Positions 1-9,992 of a stretch of 35,043 bases of DNA are shown piece by piece (within the stretch, counting starts at the first letter, position 1; the number at the start of each line of letters is the position of its first letter). The DNA is taken from the NCBI RefSeq assembly GCF_004010195.1, contig NC_057757.1:2926156-2961198 (forward strand), written 5' to 3'. The DNA is from Chiloscyllium plagiosum (taxonomy: Eukaryota). Below the pieces are notes generated by a model. That model saw only the letters and a list, made by a program, of their open reading frames with translations, ran no database searches and was not told where the DNA came from. A program made the translations under genes and the position numbers.

Positions 1-150
1 GAGGCATTTGGATGGGTATATGAATAGGAAGGGTTTGGAGGGATATGGGCCGGGTGCTGGCAGGTGGGACTACATTGGGTTGGGATATCTGGTCAGCATG
101 GACGGGTTGGACCGAAGGGTCTGTTTCCATGCTGCACATCTCTATGACTC
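1..150 (+). mobile_element. CR1-type LINE 3' end (ORF2 C-terminus/3'UTR), truncated by window edge
   Basis: RHLDGYMNRKGLEGYGPGAGRWD peptide and tail; near-identical to copies at 3488-3950(-) and 6045-6375(+). Confidence 0.85.
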
Positions 151-448
151 TAAACCATCCCTCCCACATTCTCCTCCATCACATTGCTACTCCAGAGAAT
201 ATGTAGATTGAAGCCACCCATAACACATGCTGTACCTTTGCTGCATGTATTCCTCATTTCCTGTTTGATACCATCCCCCAGCCTCACAACTACTGTTTTG
301 TGATCAGTACACTACTCTCACTAATGTCTTTCTCCCTACGGCAGCCCCACCCATACAGATTCCACACCGTCCAAGCTAATGTCCTCCCTTACTATTCTGG
401 TAATCTCCTGCTTAACCAGCAACGCCTCCCCACCTCCCTTTCCTTTCA

Positions 449-885
449 TAGAACATAGAACATTACAGCGCAGTACAGGCCCTTCGGCCCTCGATGTTGT
501 GCCGACCTGTGGAACAAGGTCATCTAACCTACACTATTCCATTCTCATCCATATGTCTATCCAATGAACATTTCAATGCCCTTAAAGCTGGCAAATCTAC
601 TACTGTAGGGCGTTCCATGCCCCTACTACTCTCTGAGTAAAGAAACTACCTCTGACATCTGTTCTATATCTATTATCCCTCAAGTTAAAGTTATGTCCCC
701 TTGCGGTAGCCATCACCATCTGAGGAAAAAGGCACTCCCTGTCCACCCTATCTAACCCTCTGATTATCTTATATCCCTCTATTAAGTCACCTCTCAACCT
801 TCTTCTCTCCAACAAAAACAGCCTCAAGTCCCTCAGCCTTTCCTCGTAAGACCATCGCTCCAGACCAGGCAACATCCTGGTAACC
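449..885 (-). mobile_element. CR1-type LINE 3' fragment
   Basis: ORF 600-887(-) TRMLPGLERWSYEERL...RRRLRGDLIE...FFTQRVVGAWNAL is the CR1 ORF2 C-terminus; ends in an (ATAGAAC)n tail. Confidence 0.9.
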
Positions 886-964
886 AATTTTGTTTTGTCT
901 TTCCTGAAAATTGGATACCCCTGGGCATTGAATTCTCATTCTTCATTCCCCTGGGTCTGATAGA

Positions 965-1540
965 TCGGTGATGGAGCACACCCCTCCAACATTATCTGAA
1001 CCATTCTCGAAGACGTGACATCCCTTTATAAATTACATTGAAACAGACGTGTCGGCAATACTGACCAGGGTGTTTATAAAGCCAGGGGGGCTGGGTTTGG
1101 TGGGCTGGGGGCCCCTGGGGGGAGGAAGTTTGATAAGTGCGGGTTTTAATACTGATGCTGCTGTGGTTGGGATCCTCAGTGTGGGATGAGGCGAGTGGTG
1201 GAATTTAATTCAGTTTAGTTTAATTTCAATTTAATTTGAGTTAAGCTAATTCAAGGTGATTTTATCTAATCTGGCTCATTCTAAATTGGATGAGGTTGGT
1301 CTAATGTAATCTGGGTCTGCCTGAGCTCATTCGCAAAGTACTGTTACTTATTGAATCTCAACGTCGAGAGATTGTTCTGTAATATTTTCTGTGACTGTTT
1401 TGGTGTGTTCTATAGAGTAGTAGGGAATTTCCTGTTAACGTGTTTGTAATGTAAGATTGTTATATTGTCTCTCTTTTTTTGTATTTTTTATAATTTTATA
1501 GAAGAATAAAAACTTTTTCAAAGAAAAAGAAATATTTTTT
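965..1540 (+). mobile_element. Probable L1/Tx1-like LINE 3' remnant with AT-rich 3'UTR
   Basis: Degenerate MEH.P...FSKT*HPFINYIETDVSAILTRVF resembles fish/shark L1 ORF2 ends (from recall); followed by a T-rich UTR, AATAAA near 1504 and an A-rich tail. Confidence 0.4.
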
Positions 1541-1544
1541 AAAA

Positions 1545-1855
1545 AGTGAGTTATCTTGAGAATGTAATTTCAAAGAAGTTCTGGGGTTTACATATCAAAG
1601 ACCAGAAACCAGCAAATCCCATTCTAAAAAATGGAAGTTTTATCTAAGATTGTTTATTGTATCACAACCCATGACCCTGGACTCCTTTGGCTGTAAATTC
1701 TGTGTCTCACAATCTTATTCTTCACAACCACCTGATGAAGGAGCGTCGCCCCGAAAGCTAGTGTGCTTCCAATTAAACCTGTTGGACTATAACCTGGTGT
1801 TGTGTGTGATTTTTAAATTTGTCCATCCCAGTCCAACACCGGCTCCTCCAAGTCA
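1545..1855 (+). mobile_element. Penelope-like element pLTR/3' end (family A)
   Basis: Homologous to the inverted copy at 4287-4600 and the short copy at 27822-27880; contains a hammerhead motif. Confidence 0.7.
1729..1763 (+). ncRNA. Minimal type I hammerhead ribozyme motif
   Basis: CAC-CTGATGA-A-GGAGC-GTC-GCCCC-GAA-AGCT-A-GTG: core boxes, stem II with one mismatch, palindromic AGCT, stem I CAC/GTG. Confidence 0.65.
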
Positions 1856-2105
1856 CACTCATTCATACACAAACAGACACACCGACGCACANNNNNNNNN
1901 NNNNNNNNNNNNNNNNNNNNNNNNNNNNNNNNNNNNNNNNNNNNAATCTCACACTCCTGCACACGCACACACAATCTCACACACCCTCATACATTCCCTC
2001 ATACAGTCACACACGGATACTCAGACATACAGTCACACACAGACACACACACACTCTCTCACACACTCAGACACACAAACGTTCACACACACACACACAC
2101 AGAGA
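1853..2105. repeat. Degenerate (CA)n microsatellite containing a 53-N gap (1892-1944)
   Basis: Visible CA-rich low complexity. Confidence 0.9.
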
Positions 2106-2164
2106 CTGCTGTGCTGTCCTCAGTCCAGTTTCTTAGCCGGTCAGGCAACAGTTCTGCCCTAACG

Positions 2165-2270
2165 GGGCCTCTAAGGAAGGGTCACTGTATCTGAAACGTG
2201 ATCTCTTGAGTTCTCCCTGCTGAGCCTGCAGAGATTTCCCCACAGTTTCTGTTTTACTTTCAGATTTCCT
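2165..2270 (+). mobile_element. Degenerate Penelope-like end (family C)
   Basis: CTAAGGAAGGGTCACTGTATCTGAAACGT...; related to 24008-24105 and 28707-28805; hammerhead core mutated. Confidence 0.5.
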
Positions 2271-2404
2271 GCCGTTCTTTCGGGCCGGGGGAGGGAGGGG
2301 ATGTCTGAAGCACAATCAACTCTTGTTCAATAAACCCGACTGTACATATTCAATAGAAGCAGGGCAGAGAGTGATGTTAGGAGTGTTATTGAGGGTGTTT
2401 AGCC

Positions 2405-2569
2405 CCAGGTGGGGAAATTCAAGAATTTCACCAGGAAAGTCCGAAACATCTTGACAGAGCAATGATTGTTAACCGTGTGGGATTTGGTGGGTGTGGAATT
2501 TCAGCAGCACATTCTGAGCATTTATACGCAGCCAGCCAGTCAGATCTATGCAGATATCGAGGAGACACC
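2405..2569 (+). promoter_or_regulatory. Putative promoter/5'UTR of the Ig-superfamily gene with NF-kB-like sites
   Basis: Non-repetitive segment upstream of the ATG; GGGGAAATTC (2411-2420) and GGAAAGTCCG (2434-2443; reverse complement is a 9/10 match to GGGACTTTCC). Confidence 0.35.
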
Positions 2570-2627
2570 ATGGGCTTGGCCAGGGTGCTTTCAGCCTGTC
2601 TACTTCTCTCTACAATATCAGACGCAG
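2570..2627 (+). CDS. Exon 1: signal peptide MGLARVLSACLLLSTISDA of an Ig-superfamily protein
   Basis: Kozak-like ACCATGG; 19 codons + 1 nt; hydrophobic core with S-D-A cleavage motif; strong phase-1 donor CAG|GTAAGG matching the phase of the IgV exon. Confidence 0.8.
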
Positions 2628-2984
2628 GTAAGGAGTCTCAAACATTACCCTGAATGTGATACCATTGTAGTGATCTACACCGTCAGGACAGCTGAGGGGT
2701 GGGATAGAGCTCTCTGACAGAGTGCAGGAGGAAGGCAGCTGGGTGGGGAAACGGGGAGATGTGCTCAGTGGATACGGTGGGAGTGGGATAGGGTTTACCC
2801 CCCCCCCCTTCACACTGGGAGGGATGGAAGTTCAGGGGTAATCTGATGGTCACCTCAGGGTCCTACGTACATTGGACTCGATGGGCCAAATGGCCTCTTC
2901 TCGCTAGCGATTCTCTGAAGACTATGTTCAGGGGAGTTGGGAAGGAAGGGTGGGGGGGACAACTCGGGGAGGGCTACAATATTC

Positions 2985-3125
2985 CAATAGGATTTCGATA
3001 AGTACATGAACAGGGGAGCTTTGGAGGGATATGGGCCAGGCGCAGGCAGGTGGGACAAGGTTAGTTTGAGATTATGGTCGGCATGGACCGGTTGGGCCGA
3101 AGGGTTTGTTTCCACACTGTATGAC
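2985..3125 (+). mobile_element. CR1-type LINE 3' tail
   Basis: GGAGGGATATGGGCCAGGCGCAGGCAGGTGGGAC...GGGCCGAAGGG...; homologous to 1-150. Confidence 0.75.
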
Positions 3126-3129
3126 TCCT

Positions 3130-3252
3130 CCTGATGAAGGGCTTATGCCCGAAACGTCGATTCTCCTGCTCCTCGGATGCTGCCTGACCTGCTGTGCTTT
3201 TCCAGCAACACACTCTGGACTCTGATCTCCAGCCTCTGCGGTCCTCACTTTC
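3130..3252 (+). mobile_element. Penelope-like pLTR fragment (family B) beginning with a hammerhead motif (3129-3160)
   Basis: TC-CTGATGA-A-GGGC-TTAT-GCCC-GAA-ACGT-C-GA followed by TTCTCCTGCTCCTCGGATGCTGCCTGACCTGCTG; related copies at 6948-7042, 9046-9154, 30437-30612, 32623-32714. Confidence 0.75.
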
Positions 3253-3299
3253 ACTCCACCACTCTGACTGGACTGGGTAAACACAGAAAGGATCAGCGA

Positions 3300-3487
3300 A
3301 TCAGAGAATCCCTACAATGTGGAAACAGGCTATTCGGCCCAACAGGTCTACACCGACCCTCTGGAGAGTGACCCACCCAGACCCATTCCCCTACCCCATT
3401 ACTCAACATTTACCCCTGACCTAACCTGAACATCCCTGGGCACTATGGGACAATTTAGCACGGCCAGTCCACCCTAACCTGCACATA
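3300..3487 (-). mobile_element. HE1-type V-SINE 3' half
   Basis: GGGACAATTTAGCACGGCCAGTCCACCCTAACCTGCACAT matches the SINE body at 27268-27455 and 7770-7913. Confidence 0.7.
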
Positions 3488-3950
3488 GAGTCGTTGAAAT
3501 GTACAACATCTAAACAGTCCCTTCAGTCAACCCGTCCATGTCAACCAGATATCCCAACCCAATCTAGTCCCATTTGCCAGCGCTTGGCCGATATCCCTCC
3601 AAACCCTTCCCATTCATATCCCCATCCAGTTGCCTTTTAAATGTTGTCATTGTACCAGCCTCCACCACTTCCTGTGGCAGCTCATTCCATACACGTACCA
3701 CCCTCTGCGTGAAAAAGTTGTCCCTCAGGTCTCTTCTAACGTTTTCCCCTCTCACCCTAAACCTATGCCCCTGGAGTTCTGGACTTCCCCACCCCAGGGA
3801 AAAGACTTTGCCCTACCCTGGGAAAAAGGCCAATTTGCCCTGTCCACGCCTCTCATAGTTTTGTAAGCCTCTATAAGGTTACCCCTCAGCCTCCGACACT
3901 CCAGGGAAAACAGCCCCAGCCTGTTCAGCCTCTCCCTGTAGCTCAAACCC
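3488..3950 (-). mobile_element. CR1-type LINE 3' fragment
   Basis: SYRERLNRLGLFSLECRRLRGNLIEAYK and FFTQRVVRVWNELP...FKRQLD on the minus strand, frameshifted. Confidence 0.9.
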
Positions 3951-4286
3951 TAACGGCTCCAGACCAAAGGCAAGACCTTTGGGATGAGGTGGGGGAGGGT
4001 CCTTCAGGGGTGAGCACTGGTGCAACGGACTGAATGGCCTTGAGCTATCTTCCACCTGCTTTCCTGAAGGTCGGACATTATGGACAGTGGTGGCGAGGGG
4101 GCGCTGGCGGGGTCGAGGAGGTGGGGAAGACATTGTTGGAGAAGGCAATCCAGCAACTCACTGGGCTTTGGGGGTTGGGTTGGGTTGGGGAGGGTGGGCT
4201 TCCTAATCTCTCCGAGGGGCAGCAGAACGCACGGAGGGTTGAGGGTCACGAGGCTGGAGGCCAGTCTCCAGCCTGTTCCACACATT

Positions 4287-4600
4287 GATGTGGAGGAGCT
4301 GGTGTCGAACTGGGATGGACAAGGTTAAAAATCCCACAACACCAGGTTATAGTCCAACAGGTTTATCTGGAAGCACTAGCTTTCGGAGCACTGCTCCTTC
4401 ATCAGGTGGTTCTGGAACAGGATCATAAGACACAGAATTTATAGCAAAAGATTACAGTGTCATCCAACTGATGTGATATATTGAACAAACCTAGCTTGCT
4501 GTAAGTCTTTCATCTTTTAGAATGAGTTGCAGGTTTATAGAAATTATAGAATTTATAGCAACAGGATTGCATTGGCAAGGAATGTAATCTTAAACAAATT
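4287..4600 (-). mobile_element. Penelope-like pLTR/3' end (family A)
   Basis: Reverse-complement homolog of 1545-1855. Confidence 0.7.
4374..4408 (-). ncRNA. Minimal type I hammerhead ribozyme motif, intact
   Basis: Minus strand reads CAC-CTGATGA-A-GGAGC-AGT-GCTCC-GAA-AGCT-A-GTG: perfect 5-bp stem II and 3-bp stem I. Confidence 0.75.
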
Positions 4601-4611
4601 TTGTTTGAGAC

Positions 4612-6375
4612 CCTTTATCGGTCAGAGTATTGAGTACAGGAGTTGGGAGGTCATGTTGCAGCTGTACAGGACGTTGGTTAGGCCACTGTTGGAATATTGC
4701 GTGCAATCCTGGCCTCCTTCCTATCGGAAGGATGCTGCGAAACTTGAAAGGGTTCAGAAAAAATTCAGAAGGATGTTTCCAGGGTTGGAGGGTTTGAGCT
4801 ACAGGGAGAGGCTGAACAGGCCGGGGCTGTTTTCCCTGCACTGCCGGAGGTTGAGGGGCGACCTTATAGAGGTTTACAAAATCATGAATTTAGTAAGGCG
4901 TTTAAGAAGATTGCCCATGGTAAACTAATGGAGAAAGTGAAGTCACATGGTGTGCAGGGTGTTCTAGCAGGTGGATAAAGAACTGGTTGAACAACAGGAG
5001 ACAGAGAGTAGTAGCTGAAGGGAGTTTCTCGAAATGGAGAAAGGTGACCAGTGGTGTTCCACAGGGGTCAGTGCTGGGGCCACTGTTGTTTGTGATATAC
5101 ATCAATGATCTGGAAGAGGGCACTGTTGGTCTGATCTGTAAGTTTGCAGATGACATGAAGATTGGTGGAGTAGCAGAAAGCATAGGGGACTGTCAAAGAA
5201 TACAGGAGGGTATAGATAGACTGGAGAGTTGGGCGGAAAAGTGGCAGATGGAGTTCAACCCGGGCAAATATGAGGTGATGCATTTTGGGAAGTCTAATTC
5301 TGGAGCGAACTATACTGAAAAGGGAAGAGCCTTGGGAAAAGTTGCTGGGCAGAGAGATCTGGGAGTGCAGGTCCATTGTACCCTGAAGGTTGCTGCACAG
5401 GTGGATAGAGTGGGCATATAGTATGCTAGCCTTCATTGGACGGGGTATTGAGTACAAGAGCTGGCAGGTCATGTTAAAATTGTACAAGACATTGGTTCGG
5501 CCGTGTTTAGAATACTGTGTACAATCCTGTTCACCACATTACCAAAAGGATATGGGCGCTTTGGAGAGGGTGCAGGGAAGGTTTACGAGGATGTTGCCTG
5601 GTGTGGAAGGTGCTAGCTATGAAGAAGGGTTGAGTAGGTTAGGGTTAATTTCATTAGAAATAAAGGAGATTGAGGGGGGACCTGATTGAGGTTTACAAAA
5701 TCATGAAGGGTATAGACAGGGTGGATAGAGACAAGCTTTTTCCCAGGGTGAGGGATTCAATAACGAGAGGTCACGTGTTCAAGGTGAGAGGATAGAAGTT
5801 TAAGGGGGGATACACGCGGAAAATATTTTACACAGAGGGTGGTAGGTGCCTGGAAGGCGTTGCTAGCAGAGGTGGTAGAGGCAGGCAAGATAGATTCATT
5901 TAAGGTGCGTCTGGACAGATGCATGAGTAGGTGGGGAGCAGAGGGATACAGATCCTTAGGAATTGGGCGATAGGTTTAGACAGTGGATTTGGATCGGTTC
6001 AGGCTTGGAGGGCTGTTCCTGGGCTGTAAATTGTTTTGTTCTTTAGATAGACAAGGCCTTTTCCCCGGGGTGGGGGAGTCCAGAACTCGAGGGCATCGGT
6101 TTACGATGAGAGGGGAAAGATATAAAAGGGATCGAAGGGGCAACATTTTCACACAGAGGGTGGTGCGTGTGTGGAAGGTGCTGCCAGAGGAAGTGGTGGA
6201 GGCTGGTACAATGACAGCATTTAAAAGGCATCTGGATGAGTATTTCAATAGGAAGGGTTCAGAGGGATATGGGCCAAGTGCTGGCAAATGGGATTAGATT
6301 AGGATATCTGGTTGGCATGGACGAGCTGTACTGAAGGGTCTGTTTCGGTGCTGTGCATCAATGTGACTCCATGAC
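4612..6375 (+). mobile_element. CR1-type LINE mosaic: one copy (about 4612-4887 and 6045-6375) interrupted by a second 5'-truncated copy (about 4888-6044) with a broken RT domain
   Basis: SGVPQGSVLGPLLFVIYINDL...KFADD RT motifs; LVRPLLEYCVQ; RRLRGDLIEVYKIM at about 4885 resumes as DRQGLFPGVGESRTRGH at about 6046; frameshifts and stops present. Confidence 0.9.
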
Positions 6376-6429
6376 TCTGTGACTCTTTCATCTTTGGACT
6401 GGAACCTGGTGGTGTGAGATTTTTAACTC

Positions 6430-6790
6430 AGTTCCACACAGAGAGCTGCAGAAACTCTGAGTCGCCAGCTGGGGGCGGTGCTGCCCACAAGACCCAGGGA
6501 GGAGGGAGCGTTCATGAAAGTTTTCTTTCTGAAAAGTTTTGAATATTTCCCCCCATCCGTCAATGCCAATGTTTTGAGGCGCCCCGGGACGGCGGTGGGG
6601 AAATGAGCACGCCTGTGAATTCTTCTAGCGCCCGTCAGAAACTTCCCTCACTCCAGTTCACCTGAGAGAGCGAGACACACACACACATAGGGTTGACAAA
6701 GTTATCAGGGACTTTTCCACATTGTTGTGGGAGAACTCCGGAGAGGGAGCATGTTAGGGAAATCCCCCTCTGGTTCGATGGGCAATCCTA
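6430..6790. promoter_or_regulatory. Unique intronic segment with GC box and kB-like motifs (candidate enhancer)
   Basis: GGGCGG 6473-6478; GGGACTTTTCC 6708-6718; GGGAAATCCC 6757-6766 fits GGGRNWYYCC. Confidence 0.3.
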
Positions 6791-6809
6791 AATGTCATAA
6801 TGACCTGAA

Positions 6810-7560
6810 GACAATAGACAATACGTAGGCCATTCTGCCCTTCGAGCCTGCACCACCATTCAATATGATCATGGCTGATCATCCTTAATCAGTATCCTGT
6901 TCCTGCCTTATCTCCATAACCCTCGATTCCACTTAAACTCAAGGGTAGCGAGCTGAAAATGTGTTGCTGGAAAAGCGCAGCAGGTCAGGCAGCATCCAGG
7001 GAGCAGGAGAATCGACGTTTCGGGCATAAGCCCTTCTTCACATTAAACTCAAGGGTATACAAGCCCAGTCGCTCCAGTCTTTCAGCATAAGGTAGTCCCG
7101 CCATTCCAGGAATTGACCTTGTGAACCTACGCTGCACTCCCTCAATAGCCAGAATGTCTTTCCTCAAATTTGGAGACCAGAACTGCACACAGTACTCCAG
7201 GTGTGGTCTCACCAGGGCCCTGTACAGCTGCAGAAGAACCTCTTTGCTTCTATACTCAATCCCTCTTGTTATGAAGGCCAGCATGCTATTAGCCTTCTTC
7301 ACTACCTGCTGTACCTGCATGCTTACCTTCATTGACAGGTGGACAAGAACACCCAGATCTCTTTGTACTGCCCCTTTACCTAAATTGACTACATTTAGGT
7401 AGTAATCTGCCTTCCTGTTCTTGCCACCAAAGTGGATAACCATACATTTATCCACATTAAACTGCATCTGCCGTGCATCCGTCCACTCACCTAACCTGTC
7501 CAGGTCACCCTGTAATCTCCTAACATCCTCATCACATTTCACCCTCCCACCCAGCTTTGT
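6810..7560 (-). mobile_element. CR1-type LINE 3' fragment with nested Penelope-like insertion
   Basis: ORF 6985-7542(-) LQGDLDRL..W...QMQFNVDKC...LVRPHLEYCVQFWSP. Confidence 0.9.
6948..7042 (-). mobile_element. Penelope-like pLTR fragment (family B) with 15-bp TSD
   Basis: TTAAACTCAAGGGTA at 6933-6947 and 7043-7057; insert minus strand starts GTGAAGAAGGGCTTATGCCCGAAACGTC region (hammerhead lacking C3). Confidence 0.8.
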
Positions 7561-7769
7561 GTTTGAAAGCTCTCAAACTGACCCCATCCCCAGCTCTCTC
7601 TCCCCTTCCCAAAGACCACCCATCCAACTCTGTGCAACTTGTAGCTGCACAAAACACAGGAACCATCCATCAGAGTTAACAGGAGAAACTATAACCAGCA
7701 CTGTGCAGTGAAACATATGGGTACTTTCTCAGCTTTGTTTACAGTTTTTTTAAGACCACTCCTAACTTG

Positions 7770-7913
7770 CTCGTTCTCCCCATGTCCTCCAGTTTCCTCC
7801 CACAGTCCAAAGATGTGCAGGTTGGGGTGGATTGGCTGTGCTAAACTGTCCCATAGTGCCCAGGGATGTGCAGGTTAGGGTGGATTGGCCGTGCTAAATT
7901 GTCCCATAGTGCC
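7770..7913 (+). mobile_element. HE1-type V-SINE fragment with internal tandem duplication
   Basis: TTTCCTCCCACAGTCCAAAGATGTGCAGGTT...; the GATGTGCAGGTT...GTCCCATAGTGCCC block occurs twice. Confidence 0.75.
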
Positions 7914-8185
7914 CACTCCCCCCTTCTCCACACCCCCGCTCTCCACCACCCCTCACTCCCCTCCCATCCCCACTGTGAGTCTGTGGTGGTGGTGGTGGGG
8001 GGGGAGGGCCAGACTGTTGTGGGCTGACTGTCGGGATCTTGCTGTGTAATTTGTCGGGCCGTGGCGAGAGCGATGCAGGGACGCAAACCCTTGCTCCATA
8101 TCGGCGAGGGGCGGGGGATGGTATTTTGCGACAGAGGGTTTAATCGTTTCCCCCCCTCCCCCACTCTCTCCCCCCACGCCCACAG

Positions 8186-8581
8186 CAGAGCTGACCTGCG
8201 AGGGGCGAAGTCGGCGGGATCCGCTCACCGTCCGGGGGAGACTTGGAGACGGGGTCCTCCTGCCGTGCGCCTTCGCCTGGAGGGGCCGAAGCCCCGGGAG
8301 GCACATGGTGGTGTGGCAGCTGGACAGCGGTGGGGTCAGGGGTCAGGGTGAGCGGCTGGTGTACGGCTGGGACAGCGAGGGGCCGGGGGACACTGAGGAG
8401 CGCGGCGACCGTTTCACCCACCGCACCAGCATGAGGCGCCGCTGGTTCACCACCGGAGACGCCGGCCTGTCCATCGGCGGACTCTCCCAGGGGGACGAGG
8501 GCACCTACAGATGCTGGGTCACCACCCTCCGGCCTCACCGCAGGAAGCTCTGCTCCGAGGTGACCCTCACCGTCCAACCAG
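8186..8581 (+). CDS. Exon 2: Ig V-set domain, B7-family-like (ICOSL/CD276/butyrophilin type)
   Basis: Pyrimidine tract + CAG acceptor and donor CAG|GTGAGC, both phase 1; 396 nt open. AELTCEGRSRRDPLTVRGRLGDGVLLPCAF...VVWQ...LVY...RFTHRTSM...GDAGLSIGGLSQGDEGTYRCWV...LCSEVTLTVQP has B-strand Cys, C-strand Trp and the D-x-G-x-Y-x-C motif. Confidence 0.9.
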
Positions 8582-8735
8582 GTGAGCGGGCGGGGGGGGG
8601 AGGGGGGGGGGGAAACGGGTCAGTGCCGGGGGGTGGGGCGGGGGTTTAACAATCTCCAACAAACCCCCCTCCCCATCAGCGAGGGACAGCCCACCACACG
8701 CTCTCACCTCGCCAACAATGTCACGGTGTCCCTTG

Positions 8736-8920
8736 GCCCATCGTGCTCCGTGCTGACCCAAATGTCCGCCGACGCTAACCCCATTTCCTCAGCCCATGTC
8801 CTTCCCCGTCGCTGTATTTGCCCTTCGGCCCATTGAGCTCTGTGCTGACCCAAAATGTCCGCCCACGCTAATTCCATTTCCTTGGCCCAGGTCCTTTCCC
8901 ACCCCCCGTATTTGCCCTTT
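8736..8920. repeat. Two imperfect direct repeats of about 92 bp
   Basis: GGCCCAT..GCTC.GTGCTGACCCAAA.TGTCCGCC.ACGCTAA..CCATTTCCT...GTATTTGCCCTT occurs twice. Confidence 0.75.
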
Positions 8921-9045
8921 GACCCACACATCTCACCTTTCCAAACTACAAACCTTTTGCCTCTACAGTGTCCGTATCCCTCTATGCCCTGCCTGGCCGT
9001 GTACCTGTCTCCATCACCTCCCCTGGCAGGGAATTCCAGGCACTG

Positions 9046-9154
9046 GGCAGAAGTGGGCACTGCAGATGCTGGAGATCAGAGTCGAGAGTGTGGCGCTGGA
9101 AAAACACCCGAGGAGCAGGAAAACCGACATTTCGGGCAAAAGCCCTTCATCAGG
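9046..9154 (-). mobile_element. Penelope-like pLTR fragment (family B) nested in a decayed CR1 3' end
   Basis: Minus strand CTGATGA-A-GGGC-TTTT-GCCC-GAAATGTC; direct repeat CAGGCACTG at 9037-9045 and 9151-9159. Confidence 0.75.
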
Positions 9155-9249
9155 CACTGACCACCCTCTGTCTTGCAAACATCTCCTTTAAAGCTTTCCC
9201 TCTGTTTTACTCTTCAGCCCTTGCCCCTGGAGGTGACTGGCATTTCGTT

Positions 9250-9492
9250 CCAGCTGGACTGGTTGATCCAGGGACCCAGCTAATGTCCCAGGTTCGAATC
9301 TCGCCACAGCCGAGTTTGAATTCCATTGGAAACAGAAATCTGCAGTTACGCGTCAAAACGCTGATCACGAATCCATCATTGATTATTGGTTGGGGGGAGA
9401 CCCGTCCAGTTCAACCATGTCATTCAGGCCTACACGTGACTCCAGACCCATTATGTGGGCCCTTAATTGCCCTCCAGGGCAGTTAGGGGATT
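9250..9492 (+). mobile_element. tRNA-derived SINE, degenerate
   Basis: B-box GGTTCGAATC 9291-9300; 3' GGGCAGTTAGGG resembles the tail of the LINE at 17235-17925. Confidence 0.55.
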
Positions 9493-9992
9493 NNNNNNNN
9501 NNNNNNNNNNNNNNNNNNNNNNNNNNNNNNNNNNNNNNNNNNNNNNNNNNNNNNNNNNNNNNNNNNNNNNNNNNNNNNNNNNNNNNNNNNNNNNNNNNNN
9601 NNNNNNNNNNNNNNNNNNNNNNNNNNNNNNNNNNNNNNNNNNNNNNNNNNNNNNNNNNNNNNNNNNNNNNNNNNNNNNNNNNNNNNNNNNNNNNNNNNNN
9701 NNNNNNNNNNNNNNNNNNNNNNNNNNNNNNNNNNNNNNNNNNNNNNNNNNNNNNNNNNNNNNNNNNNNNNNNNNNNNNNNNNNNNNNNNNNNNNNNNNNN
9801 NNNNNNNNNNNNNNNNNNNNNNNNNNNNNNNNNNNNNNNNNNNNNNNNNNNNNNNNNNNNNNNNNNNNNNNNNNNNNNNNNNNNNNNNNNNNNNNNNNNN
9901 NNNNNNNNNNNNNNNNNNNNNNNNNNNNNNNNNNNNNNNNNNNNNNNNNNNNNNNNNNNNNNNNNNNNNNNNNNNNNNNNNNNNNNNNNNNN
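9493..9992. other. Assembly gap (500 N, probably a placeholder size)
   Basis: Exactly 500 N adjoining a satellite. Confidence 0.95.

Noticed and set aside
4987..5689. Active reverse transcriptase gene
   Set aside because: 5'-truncated, frameshifted CR1 copy.
8186..8581. Rearranging Ig/TCR/IgNAR V segment
   Set aside because: The exon includes the G strand and ends in a splice donor; no heptamer/nonamer RSS follows the YxC motif.
8968..9486. Phase-1 acceptor CTACAG and 172-aa ORF as next exon of the Ig gene
   Set aside because: Composed of antisense CR1 tail, a Penelope-like insert and a SINE; no Ig or TM features.
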